From positions 153,414-217,413 of the IMG/VR virus record IMGVR_UViG_3300023174_000046: a DNA stretch of 64,000 nucleotides. One strand, 5' to 3'. The position numbers were made by a program, and so were the translations under genes. Shown here in pieces: positions 39,416 through 48,797 of this stretch (within the stretch, counting starts at the first letter, position 1; each line of letters opens with the position of its first letter). The notes under the pieces are model-generated. The model was not told where the DNA came from. It made no database searches and worked only from the letters and a program-made list of their open reading frames with translations.

Positions 39416-39999
39416 AAAAGTTCAAAGAATTTTTTACAGAAGATTTTGATGATAATTCTGATGATTTAGATAGCAAATTAATAACAATGCATAAGCAGAT
39501 GCAAAAAAGAAGACAAATGTCCGGCAAGTCTTTACAGTCTGTAGATGCTGCTCCCTTAATGGCACCAGGATACTTTAAAGATTTTAATTTAAGTACAATT
39601 GCTAAGGGGCTGAGAAGATATTATAGAAGTATTATAGTTGATTATTATTCTAAAATTTTTAAAACTTTTAAAGATAAAATTGAACCTATATCCCAACAAG
39701 GAAAATGGGAGATGGACCCAGTTAAACAAGCTGAAAGCTTTAGAAGCTTAAGGTCTGCAGGCGGTCCAAAGTTTACCTTGTGTGGTTTTAATTTTGATAA
39801 AAGATATGGCTTTACTGATGAAGATAGACAAATGAATAATATCCTGGTCAATAGAATGTATGAAAAGATACATGACACCTTGCCCAAACTACTGGGCAAC
39901 AAAGCAAAAGCTATTGATATAAAGATTGACAACGACCCTTGGTATACAGGGCTTACATGTATAACAATAAATATATATTTGAACTATGAAAACGTTTAA
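39412..39999 (+). CDS. Putative internal head protein with T4-type capsid-targeting sequence
   Basis: MKKFKEFFTE resembles T4 CTS MKTYQEFIAE. Confidence 0.65.
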   Translation: MKKFKEFFTEDFDDNSDDLDSKLITMHKQMQKRRQMSGKSLQSVDAAPLMAPGYFKDFNLSTIAKGLRRYYRSIIVDYYSKIFKTFKDKIEPISQQGKWEMDPVKQAESFRSLRSAGGPKFTLCGFNFDKRYGFTDEDRQMNNILVNRMYEKIHDTLPKLLGNKAKAIDIKIDNDPWYTGLTCITINIYLNYENV

Positions 40000-40252
40000 A
40001 GAATTTTATTTAGAAGAAAAAGCTGGTGCAAGATGCACCAAGGTAACAGGTCAGCAATCATCTACACGGAAAGATAAGAAGTATATGCGCTGTGCACGTG
40101 TAAATGGTAAATTAAAAAGAGTGCATTACGGTGATCCTAATTTACGTATTAAGAAATCTAACCCCAAGAAAAGAAAGTCTTTCAGAGCTCGTCACAAGTG
40201 TTCTTCTGCCAAACCAGGAACAGCTAAGTATTTCAGCTGCAAAAATTGGTGA
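39986..40252 (+). CDS. Basic putative internal head protein (CTS leader)
   Basis: MKTFKEFYLEE; VHYGDPN...RKSFRARHKC...YFSC. Confidence 0.7.
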   Translation: MKTFKEFYLEEKAGARCTKVTGQQSSTRKDKKYMRCARVNGKLKRVHYGDPNLRIKKSNPKKRKSFRARHKCSSAKPGTAKYFSCKNW

Positions 40253-40614
40253 AAACGTTTAAAGAGTTTTTTATCGAATCAAAGCAAAAGCATTCTAAAC
40301 AAGAGGCGGGTTACGTGGCGCATACTGTTAAAGGTCAAAGATGTGATCAATGTACTATGTGGAGAGCTCCTAATAAATGCTCTGCAGTAGCAGGAGATAT
40401 CAAACCTGAAGCATGGTGCAAGTGGTGGAAGCAAAGCCACAGAAAAGATTTAAAAGAGAAGAGCATACATGATCCTGTAAGGCCTGGTATATTAAAGCGT
40501 CAGACCAAAGGCAAAATGACCTGCTCCAAAGCAAGAAGATTAAGGGCTAAGCAAAAGAATAAAGGTAACAATACAGCTAAAGCAGCTCAACGCTACTTAA
40601 ATTATCACTGTTAA
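40249..40614 (+). CDS. CTS-leader protein with HiPIP-like 4-Cys domain plus a basic module
   Basis: GTG start (M)KTFKEFFIE; CDQC...KC..V.G.I.PEAWC. Confidence 0.7.
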   Translation: MKTFKEFFIESKQKHSKQEAGYVAHTVKGQRCDQCTMWRAPNKCSAVAGDIKPEAWCKWWKQSHRKDLKEKSIHDPVRPGILKRQTKGKMTCSKARRLRAKQKNKGNNTAKAAQRYLNYHC

Positions 40615-41543
40615 GCCCACTGTGCTGTAAACGGCGTTGTGTAGTTTGTAAATGTGTTTGTAGCTGTCTTGTAAAGCTCAAAGCTATTAACTTGTATATA
40701 AGCCTGGTAACCATCATCCACATTGATGAATGTGCCATTAACCACAAACACATCTGCTGTGAGTGCTGGTGAGAACAGTGTCATACCAGCAGTTAGATTA
40801 GCTCTTGCTTGTGTGCTTGTAGCAGCACGAATAGATTCTGTTGCAAGCTTCATTCTTGTACCAATACCAGAAGTTGTTTGAAGCGAAGTTACATAATTAG
40901 CTGTTAAAGCTTTTCTTGTTGTTGTATCATCCCATAGAATTTTATTCAAGACATATTGCTGATAGTTGTTACCTGTACCGTAACCGGCGCCACCGGTACC
41001 AAAAGGAAATACATCACCACTTAATGGTGCAGTACTAGAAAGAGCATTGCTTGCTGTACCATAAACAGCAGGATTTACTAATCTATTCACAGCAACACCA
41101 ACAGCACCGCAAGTGTTTGAAAGTTCATTGCCTTGACCTCTTCTGAGCATGTAACCCAAATAGCCGCTCAAAGAGCATACACCAATATGAGGAGCAGAAA
41201 ATAACATTAATGCACCATTGGTAGCATATTGTATGTGTGAAGCCCATGCAAAGAGTGCAATTCTCCCAGTATGCGGGTAACCACCAATGCCACCTGCAAA
41301 AAATGGTCCTTGAAAATCATTCAAAGTAGCAGGCATTTGACCAATATTGTTATTGTAATAAGCTGGTGCATTTGCATCATCTGAACAAATTGAATCGGCT
41401 AATAAAACATTGTTGGCGCTATACCCACATAATGTTTGAATAAACGTTTTGCAATATCTGCCAAAATCTTCCACAAGAATGGCTCCAGGGTAGGCAGAAG
41501 CTGCTGTTACTATTGAGGTGTATGTTGATTGTGATATTGGCAT
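40611..41543 (-). CDS. LCIB-family (theta-type) carbonic anhydrase-like protein, copy 2
   Basis: ICSDD, GPFFAGGIGGYPHTG, APHIG, RRGQ, TCGA. Confidence 0.8.
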   Translation of the reverse strand: MPISQSTYTSIVTAASAYPGAILVEDFGRYCKTFIQTLCGYSANNVLLADSICSDDANAPAYYNNNIGQMPATLNDFQGPFFAGGIGGYPHTGRIALFAWASHIQYATNGALMLFSAPHIGVCSLSGYLGYMLRRGQGNELSNTCGAVGVAVNRLVNPAVYGTASNALSSTAPLSGDVFPFGTGGAGYGTGNNYQQYVLNKILWDDTTTRKALTANYVTSLQTTSGIGTRMKLATESIRAATSTQARANLTAGMTLFSPALTADVFVVNGTFINVDDGYQAYIQVNSFELYKTATNTFTNYTTPFTAQWA

Positions 41544-41551
41544 AAAAAATA

Positions 41552-42652
41552 TTAGTTGAGTTGTAATCCTGATTTAAATTGTGTAGTAAAGTCTTCGAAG
41601 GTATCTGTGGTCTTGTTGTATCTTAAGAAGTTTGTTACATCTGCATAAGCTTTAAATCCATCATCCACGTTAATAAATGTACCAGTGCTCAAGAACACAT
41701 CAACATTTCTGCCAGGGAACGCTGTTCTATAAGCAAGCTTGAATGTGCTGTTATTGTCAGGTTTAGCAATAATATTGAAAGCAGAGTTGCGAATTGCTTC
41801 TGTGGCCAATATCATTTGCTGCCCGAAGTCTGATGTTGCACAAATGGCTGTGCGTGCTGTTACATCATCATAAATTGCCTTGACAAGAGTATAGAATTGA
41901 AAATCCGATGCATTTGTTAACAATACATCAAGTGGATCAGGGCTAGGCCATTGAGGAGCAGGGCCGCTTACACCATTGTTTCTGATCCAATCAACAGCAG
42001 CTGCTGCAGCACCACAAGTTGCAGAAAGATTACCATAATTTTGACCGCGGCGTCTCATGTAACCTACTTGACCATCGCGAGTGATGCCAATGTGAGGGGC
42101 TATGTACAAGAATAGAGCACCTCCACTTGTGACGTGTGATGCATAAGCAAGGAGCCCTGTGGTACCAGTGTGTGGGTAACCATCTAAGCCGCCACCCATG
42201 AATGGTCCAAGGAAAGTTTGCAATGATTGAGGCATTTGACCGAGATTATTAATATTATTAAACACTGGTCCGTTCACATCATCAGAGCAAATAGATGATG
42301 AAAAGAGAACATTGCTTGGAGTGTAAGCAGCACTTACCGATTGAATATAAGTTTGTACGCGAAGACCAAAGTTTTCAGCTGTTGCAGCAGTTGGGTATGT
42401 CTTTCTTACCACATCACCATAATCAAGTTGTTGCGAAACTGGACCAGAATCAGATGTTAAACTGGAACCATGCATTAAGTTGTTATTCTCTAGTTCTGCA
42501 CGAGCTGCTTGTACTCTTTCTTCTATGATTTGTTGTTCAAATAAGAATTTCTTTTGAAAATCGGCTGATTGTGGCCTGCTAGGCACAACTACGGGGTTGC
42601 GAGGGCGACCATCATATTGCTTTAACCCATCTACATATTGCCTAGGAATCAT
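41552..42652 (-). CDS. LCIB-family (theta-type) carbonic anhydrase-like protein, copy 1, with N-terminal extension
   Basis: ICSDD, GPFMGGGLDGYPHTG, APHIG, RRGQ, TCGA; start MIPRQ 5 nt after TATAAATA. Confidence 0.82.
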   Translation of the reverse strand: MIPRQYVDGLKQYDGRPRNPVVVPSRPQSADFQKKFLFEQQIIEERVQAARAELENNNLMHGSSLTSDSGPVSQQLDYGDVVRKTYPTAATAENFGLRVQTYIQSVSAAYTPSNVLFSSSICSDDVNGPVFNNINNLGQMPQSLQTFLGPFMGGGLDGYPHTGTTGLLAYASHVTSGGALFLYIAPHIGITRDGQVGYMRRRGQNYGNLSATCGAAAAAVDWIRNNGVSGPAPQWPSPDPLDVLLTNASDFQFYTLVKAIYDDVTARTAICATSDFGQQMILATEAIRNSAFNIIAKPDNNSTFKLAYRTAFPGRNVDVFLSTGTFINVDDGFKAYADVTNFLRYNKTTDTFEDFTTQFKSGLQLN

Positions 42653-42657
42653 GTAAT

Positions 42658-42679
42658 TATTTATATTTAACAATAAATA
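42658..42679. promoter_or_regulatory. Back-to-back T4-type late promoters
   Basis: TATAAATA on minus (42658-42665) and TAAATA on plus (42674-42679), each 5-6 nt from an ATG. Confidence 0.75.
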
Positions 42680-42685
42680 ATATCA

Positions 42686-43435
42686 ATGAATAATAAAGAA
42701 AATCGTCTTATATTTGAAGCTTTTGCAACAAAGCTAATTAAAGAGGATATGCCTTATCCTACATTTGCCAAGCTTGCCAAGCATGCTTCGCCTAAATCGT
42801 CCAAGGAAAAAGATGAAAATGAATACAAAGATCAAATGCCTGATAGCAAAGAAGAATATTCAGCTCATGATTATGCCAAAGAAATGGAAGCCAAGCCCGG
42901 TGAACAAGAAGAACAACCACAAACACATGCGGACATGTCTCATGATCAAAAAGAAGCTGCAATGCTTCTCAAGAAGTTTGGTTACACTTTCTTTGACATG
43001 GACATGCACGGTCGTGATTACGTTGCTTATTTTGTGAACGAAAAGCTCCCTCACAATCATGCAAAGCATGGCATCAAAGTGAAGCATGATGGCATCATAG
43101 TTGGTCCTGCAGATTCCCCTTTCATTGGCAAGAAAGTAAAAGAATTAATTCCTTCAGAAGATGCAGAAGAGCAAGCAGAAGCAGTAGCAGTTTCTGGCCA
43201 ATACAAATACATCTATTTTCTAGATGCTGAAGAATGTTATTCCATTAACCCTTATCAAATTGTGCCGTTCAAGAAAGCAGTAAGAGAGACAAGCAATTGG
43301 ACCAAAGCGCGTGTAATGGTTGGTGAAGATATTGTTCAAATTCTTGGCAAGAGTGTTAAAGATCAAAGAGCTTGGTACATTGTAGGTGCAGAAGCTCCCA
43401 ACGATCATGTATTTGAAGTTTTGTTAGGTAGCTAA
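42686..43435 (+). CDS. Putative internal head protein (LIFE leader)
   Basis: MNNKENRLIFEAF; acidic EDAEEQAE linker. Confidence 0.65.
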   Translation: MNNKENRLIFEAFATKLIKEDMPYPTFAKLAKHASPKSSKEKDENEYKDQMPDSKEEYSAHDYAKEMEAKPGEQEEQPQTHADMSHDQKEAAMLLKKFGYTFFDMDMHGRDYVAYFVNEKLPHNHAKHGIKVKHDGIIVGPADSPFIGKKVKELIPSEDAEEQAEAVAVSGQYKYIYFLDAEECYSINPYQIVPFKKAVRETSNWTKARVMVGEDIVQILGKSVKDQRAWYIVGAEAPNDHVFEVLLGS

Positions 43436-43436
43436 T

Positions 43437-43985
43437 ATGGATAGAGAATCAAAGCTTATTTTCGAAGCATATGCATTGAAAGGTTTAGCTGCAGGTAAAA
43501 CACTTGCTGATATAGCCAAGAAGCATGGTGTTAGTATAGAAGTGATGCAAACAGCTCTGCAGAGAGGCATGAAAGTTGAACACGAGCACACAGGTAATGA
43601 AGCTGCTGCAAAAAAGATTGCAATGGATCATTTGTTTGAAGATCCAGAATATTATGCAAAACTTGCCAAGATAGAGGGTGAAGAGAGTGAGCAAAATGAA
43701 GAGCGCAGATTGGATCCTAAATGCTGGAAAGGCTATCATAAATCTGGTACCAAGCTCAAAGATGGTGTGCGTGTCAACAATTGTGTTAAATCACAAAATA
43801 ATGAAGAAAAGCTTGTAGGTGGTCAGAAGAAACTGGATGCCAATCATGATGGTAAGATCTCTGGCGCAGATTTTAAAATTCTCAAGAAGCATAAAGGTGA
43901 AGAACAAGAAGAAATGCAATGCCCATATGCAGCAAAAGGCTGTAAATGTAGTGAATGTGAAGAATGTGCTGCCAATCAGGCTTAA
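43437..43985 (+). CDS. Modular putative internal protein (LIFE leader; DUF5661-like, CWKGY, EF-hand-like and Cys modules)
   Basis: EHEHT...IAMDHL.EDP.YY.KL; CWKGY...NCV; LDANHDGKISGADF. Confidence 0.7.
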   Translation: MDRESKLIFEAYALKGLAAGKTLADIAKKHGVSIEVMQTALQRGMKVEHEHTGNEAAAKKIAMDHLFEDPEYYAKLAKIEGEESEQNEERRLDPKCWKGYHKSGTKLKDGVRVNNCVKSQNNEEKLVGGQKKLDANHDGKISGADFKILKKHKGEEQEEMQCPYAAKGCKCSECEECAANQA

Positions 43986-44027
43986 TTAGCTTGATTATTT
44001 TTTAAAATCATTTAATATCATTCGTTA

Positions 44028-44234
44028 ATGAAATATATATTATGTTTGTTGACACTAGCCATGGCTGGGTGCTCCACAGCACATGTATATAATCCAAAAC
44101 AACTATCAGAAGATTCTGTTAACTGGGAATATGATAGAGCAAGATCTTTTAATACCAACAACAATCAACTGGATTCACCAGACGGTTCTGTGCAAAAAGG
44201 TAACGGTATAAAGTTCTTCAAAGCAACATATTGA
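44028..44234 (+). CDS. Small lipoprotein
   Basis: Lipobox LAMAGC. Confidence 0.65.
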   Translation: MKYILCLLTLAMAGCSTAHVYNPKQLSEDSVNWEYDRARSFNTNNNQLDSPDGSVQKGNGIKFFKATY

Positions 44235-44337
44235 TGCCTCTGTTTGACTGATTCACTTGTAATTAAAAAATAATTTTAGTCGACTATATATCAAGAAAAA
44301 CATTGATATTTTCAGTAATATCATGTATACTATAATA

Positions 44338-44958
44338 ATGAGTGAAGATTTAGTCATGCCAGCACCAACTGTTACCATCATAAATGGTTCATTAGGAGGA
44401 AGAACTGGCAACACTAACAATCTCCTGCAAAAAGTTAAGAAGATTATTCTTAAGAAAAACAGTGATACAAATATTAAAGTTGTTCATTTATCACCATCTT
44501 TTGATTGGCTAAAGGTTAAGAGGTGCATTAAAGCTAGTAATATTCTCATTTTCTGTACTGGAACATATTGGGACTCTTGGGGTTCACCCATGCAGCAATT
44601 GTTCGAGAAAATGACACAAATTGAAGGTAAAAAGCATTTGTTAGGCAAACCTGCAGGCGCTATTGTTACAATGCATTCAGTTGGCGGTAAAGAAGTATGC
44701 TCCAGAATTCTTGGCAATCTTGTAGGGCTGGGTTGCATAATACCTCCCTTCACAGGCTTTGCATATGCATACTCAGATCATATTGCGCATCGCTCCAGAG
44801 TATCAGGCAAGAAGCTGTTGGATGATGTGTGGCATATTGACGATCTGGAAGCTTTTGTGCACAACCTATTTGAAGCGCATAAAGGTACAAAGGATTACAT
44901 GGTCTGGGATTACCTGGATACGCAAGCAATGGACCCCAGTTATGTTTGGCTTAAGTAA
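44338..44958 (+). CDS. NADPH-dependent FMN reductase / flavodoxin family
   Basis: INGS....GNT, TGTYW.S, LLGKPAGAIVT. Confidence 0.75.
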   Translation: MSEDLVMPAPTVTIINGSLGGRTGNTNNLLQKVKKIILKKNSDTNIKVVHLSPSFDWLKVKRCIKASNILIFCTGTYWDSWGSPMQQLFEKMTQIEGKKHLLGKPAGAIVTMHSVGGKEVCSRILGNLVGLGCIIPPFTGFAYAYSDHIAHRSRVSGKKLLDDVWHIDDLEAFVHNLFEAHKGTKDYMVWDYLDTQAMDPSYVWLK

Positions 44959-45768
44959 TTTATGTGGGCAGAAAAATTTTCGAGTATATTGTAGTTGTAA
45001 TAATTTATTTTTTAATTGCACTTGTTAAGTGTTACCATTATTATTGGTGGATAAGATACGAAAGCAAAGGAATATTAACAAGAAAGATTAAAAAATATGT
45101 GGGATCCAATTAGTTTGTTTTATATGATGTGGGCACTTAACACAGGTCTTCCTGATGCAAGACTTAATGTTACAGAGGTGATTCAAGCGCGTGAAAATAA
45201 AATTGTAATTGAACACATCGTAGAATCAGTTTCTTTGAGAGAAGGAATCTAATATAGCTTGAATAGAAAATAAAAGAGTATATAATAAAAACATGACAAT
45301 AACAAACAATAATGTAGCTCTTGATATGGTTTTGACGTCTATTGTTAATAACAGATCTATTTTAAATAGCATAACTTCTGATATTAATGAGAGATTCAAA
45401 GTAAAGTTGAACGAACAAGATTTGGAAAATTATTTGAGTGTAATTGAAATGAGGAAAAAATAAATGAACTTTTTATATGAAATGTACACAACAAAGAATG
45501 GCAGTAATGTTTTTCTTGGTTATAAAAAAGTAGCAGCAGATTGCAAAGAAGATGCTTTACTGTGTGCCCAAGAAGCTGTTGATCCAGATGTGAGGTTGTA
45601 CCCTGTTTATATCAATGAGGCTGATCCGTACGCTCGGTAAATGGTTTAATGCTGTAGTTAAAATTGTAGTTAATGATTGTTCAGTTGGGTTGGCACTAAT
45701 AATTATTGGCTTCATTTTAGGCTGGTGTTCCCAAAGCATTTGGATTATACTCTGTAAGATAATACATT

Positions 45769-46080
45769 ATGTTCGAGTTTCTTAAAAACTTCTTTGCAGG
45801 ATCAAAATATAAGATATATGTTACAGGGCCAAATACTTTAGCAGAACTATTAACACAGTTTGATCAGCCACCCAAAGAGAAAACTAAAGAAGATATCATT
45901 CGTGACTATACCATAAAAGAAACCATGGCTTCATTGGAATTATCATATCTAAAAGAAGATCCTTCAATTTTCTTTACAGGCAATCAAAAATGGTTTGATG
46001 GTGAAGGTAATAAGTATTTTGACTTTGTGCCTTGTGCATTAAGACCGGAAGTTTTGTATTGCTCATATGGCAAAAATTAA
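45769..46080 (+). CDS. Hypothetical protein
   Basis: ORF track. Confidence 0.55.
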   Translation: MFEFLKNFFAGSKYKIYVTGPNTLAELLTQFDQPPKEKTKEDIIRDYTIKETMASLELSYLKEDPSIFFTGNQKWFDGEGNKYFDFVPCALRPEVLYCSYGKN

Positions 46081-46360
46081 GAAAATAAGTTGCAGACCCA
46101 CCATGTGGCTGGTAAGAGTTTCAGTAAAAGATCCAAGCTGTTCATTCTCCATAAATCCTGAGATTAGTTACATGAGACTGGTTAAAGCATTCAATGCTAA
46201 TGCTGCTGTTAAAGCTGCAGCAACATATTGTAACAAGAAAATGAAAGACTATCCAGGGACACGTTTTACATATTCAACATCAGAGATTGAAGCTTACTAT
46301 TATCCCATACATCAATTCAAGGAGGAAGCACGTGAAGTTTGCTACAAGACAAAGATATAG
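46067..46360 (+). CDS. Hypothetical protein
   Basis: ORF track. Confidence 0.55.
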   Translation: MAKIKKISCRPTMWLVRVSVKDPSCSFSINPEISYMRLVKAFNANAAVKAAATYCNKKMKDYPGTRFTYSTSEIEAYYYPIHQFKEEAREVCYKTKI

Positions 46361-46574
46361 TTATAATGTGAAAGGTATTGAGACGGATGTGGACTATGTG
46401 ACAATGTCAGACATAGAATCAAAACATGGTTCAAGATTTGCTGAGCAATTTAAAAAGTTTGCGTTGAACCTCAAGAAATTGCATATAAAGGAAAAAGAAA
46501 TAGAAGCATATTACTATGCTGATTACCAGCACATCGCGAGACGCACCGAACTATTTCTTAATCCAGTTAGCTAA

Positions 46575-46856
46575 TTATCGGAAGTTTCCGAGCTCTCTAT
46601 CGAGAGTGTATTCAGCAGGCTTTTGAACTAATGTATCCCAAGAGTTCTCTGCCTCTCCTGCCATAGCTGTGAAGGGAGAGGTTACTGCATAGGCTGTGAA
46701 GCCTAGCGTTGTGCCTACAAATGTAAATGGTCGCACCAAAGCAACATCAACTGCTTGCAAGCAAACAGGTGCATCTTCATTTGTAGAATCAACGTCTGCA
46801 AATGCTGCGGTAGCAAGAGCTACACTAACAGCAATACCGACTAGTGTTTTGTTCAT
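46575..46856 (-). CDS. Exported host-type small membrane protein (late)
   Basis: Signal peptide; D..LVRP.....T..G.....SPF...G...LV..PA.YT..R.LG; TAAATA upstream. Confidence 0.6.
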   Translation of the reverse strand: MNKTLVGIAVSVALATAAFADVDSTNEDAPVCLQAVDVALVRPFTFVGTTLGFTAYAVTSPFTAMAGEAENSWDTLVQKPAEYTLDRELGNFR

Positions 46857-46884
46857 GGGATTATTTATTGTGTGACAACTTAAA

Positions 46885-47166
46885 TCAACTTTCAAGTTTC
46901 ATTGAGAGTGTTGTATCTTGTTTATAGACAAAGGTTTGGTCGATTGCAATAACCTCTTTCATCATCTCAGAATAATAGCCAAGTTCGCCTGTATCCAAGC
47001 AAATAGTATCATAAGTGCATTGTGAATTTTTGGGCACTTTAACCTTCATGTATACAGCGGATTTAACATTGTTAGGATCAGAGATTGTAAAAACATCTGA
47101 TGATTTTAAATCTCTGAAGGGTACACGGTTATCTCTCTTTTCTGGCTTGATGAATTCAAATTTCAT
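46885..47166 (-). CDS. Hypothetical protein
   Basis: ORF track. Confidence 0.55.
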   Translation of the reverse strand: MKFEFIKPEKRDNRVPFRDLKSSDVFTISDPNNVKSAVYMKVKVPKNSQCTYDTICLDTGELGYYSEMMKEVIAIDQTFVYKQDTTLSMKLES

Positions 47167-47242
47167 ATTACTATTTTAATATAATCTTTAAGAATGCTAC
47201 TTTTTTATTGAACTATTATAAACGGTGAGTTATAATCGTTGC

Positions 47243-47926
47243 ATGGCCGAGAGAATAACAAACAAATGGACCAAGGATCTCAAAGGAGCCTTTGGAGATA
47301 CACAACAAATTAAAAAAGCTATCAAAGGCGAGCAAATGTGGGAGCGTTATGCTCGAGGCAAATATGCCAGTGTAATTAACCATAGCGCTGATAGGAGCAA
47401 ACAAACTGCAGGTGTTGATTTTACTATCACTGGCAGGTCTTTGCCTAACCCTGTTACTGTAGATGTAAAGGCCAATATGAAATGGGGGTTCTTCTATGTG
47501 GAGAATAATCCTACAGGCTGGTTGAGAAACTCCAACAAAATAACAGATTGGATTGCACACATAGATATACACAGGGGTTATGTGTGTGAGTATAGCAGAG
47601 TAGATATGATTGCTTATCTTGATGAGAAAGGTTATAAGCAGGATCTTGTTAGATTATCTAACTACAAAACAGGTATTCAGAGTTTTATTAGAAAATATTG
47701 GCTCAAAAAAAGTTACACAAGCAAATCAAAATCTCGACCCAAATTTTCTGAACAATATGCGCATACAAATGCTGCAAAGTATTATACATATAGTACGCGT
47801 CAATATTATAGAAGAGACGAAAAACCTTGGGATACAGACAAATATCCTATGGAAGAGTATAATGATGTTACAGATACATTTTATTATCCTTATGGGGAAG
47901 TCAGAGGATTTAGCGATTCGGACTAA
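47243..47926 (+). CDS. PD-(D/E)XK nuclease-like protein
   Basis: KGE...GVDF...VDVK; TTGAAC-17-TATAAT-6-ATG. Confidence 0.6.
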   Translation: MAERITNKWTKDLKGAFGDTQQIKKAIKGEQMWERYARGKYASVINHSADRSKQTAGVDFTITGRSLPNPVTVDVKANMKWGFFYVENNPTGWLRNSNKITDWIAHIDIHRGYVCEYSRVDMIAYLDEKGYKQDLVRLSNYKTGIQSFIRKYWLKKSYTSKSKSRPKFSEQYAHTNAAKYYTYSTRQYYRRDEKPWDTDKYPMEEYNDVTDTFYYPYGEVRGFSDSD

Positions 47927-48016
47927 TCGTATCTTCATAACTTGTTCTGAATCATTAAAGAAAAAAATCTAAAAAATATAGTTGAACAGATCCGGAAAGC
48001 ACATATAATTGGACTT

Positions 48017-48319
48017 ATGAAAAATAGCAACACTAACACGAACCAACAGAAGCAGAAAACCCCAACCCTTGCCTGTATTGTTACAGGTAAGAGCCGCTTG
48101 ACCAACCAGGAATACCTGGAAAACAAGGCCACGGCTGCAGGCGCAACGGTCGAAGAGATCGTTAGCCATTACGTTACCCGTGAGGTTCTTAAGAACCTTC
48201 GCAAGGGTGACTTGCAGGGCTTGTCGCAGGAGGTTGCCACCCGCATTCTCCGCCTCAATGGCAAGCAGAAGGGTGCTTCGAAGGCTCGTAAATCTTCTGA
48301 GACGGCGGTTGCCGTTTAA
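48017..48319 (+). CDS. Early protein, LxCIVxG family
   Basis: Own promoter and terminator; GC-richer codons. Confidence 0.7.
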   Translation: MKNSNTNTNQQKQKTPTLACIVTGKSRLTNQEYLENKATAAGATVEEIVSHYVTREVLKNLRKGDLQGLSQEVATRILRLNGKQKGASKARKSSETAVAV

Positions 48320-48350
48320 ATCAGAGTAACGCCCGAGGTGTTACACAGGG

Positions 48351-48385
48351 GGAGGGAGGTTCTTTGAGCCTCCCTCCTTTCTTTT
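48351..48385 (+). terminator. Intrinsic terminator
   Basis: GGAGGGAGGTTC-TTT-GAGCCTCCCTCC + TTTCTTTT. Confidence 0.85.
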
Positions 48386-48420
48386 GTATTGATATATTGA
48401 AGTTTATTATATAATAAAAA

Positions 48421-48497
48421 TATTGTAAGAACAAACTTACAAAGCGGAACCGTGACGCGAAAGGAAGCATTGAGTGAAATCAATGCTTCCTTTTTTT
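48421..48497 (+). ncRNA. Candidate ~75-nt small RNA
   Basis: TATAAT at 48410, 7-bp hairpin TTGTAAG/CTTACAA, 13-bp terminator, no ORF. Confidence 0.5.
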
Positions 48498-48694
48498 ATT
48501 TTTTCATCTTGAATCATACCGCGGAGAATATATACTAATGGTATGATGAATAAAAAAGAGAAAAAAATTAAAATATCCGATGAAGAAATTGAATTGCTTG
48601 AAACTGGCTCAACAAATATCGATTGGTTAAATTTTTATAAAGAAATATTTAAATAAAGCTTGCTTAATGAATTGGTTTATTATATATTAGGAGC

Positions 48695-48797
48695 ATGAGA
48701 TTTCGGAGGCCGACAGTTAGGTTAAGCCGGTTCACCTCAAAGTAACCGGTTCATCATCGTAGTTCTCGGGTCTACGTTAAAAAACCGAGATTTTTTT
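48695..48797 (+). promoter_or_regulatory. Leader peptide + hairpin + H-type pseudoknot + U7 (attenuator/riboswitch-like)
   Basis: MRFRRPTVRLSRFTSK; CGTAG/CTACG and TCTCGG/CCGAGA stems. Confidence 0.5.

Noticed and set aside
48758-48790. Pistol ribozyme
   Set aside because: P1 plus UUAAA looks similar, but P2/P3 and the cleavage-site strand are missing.
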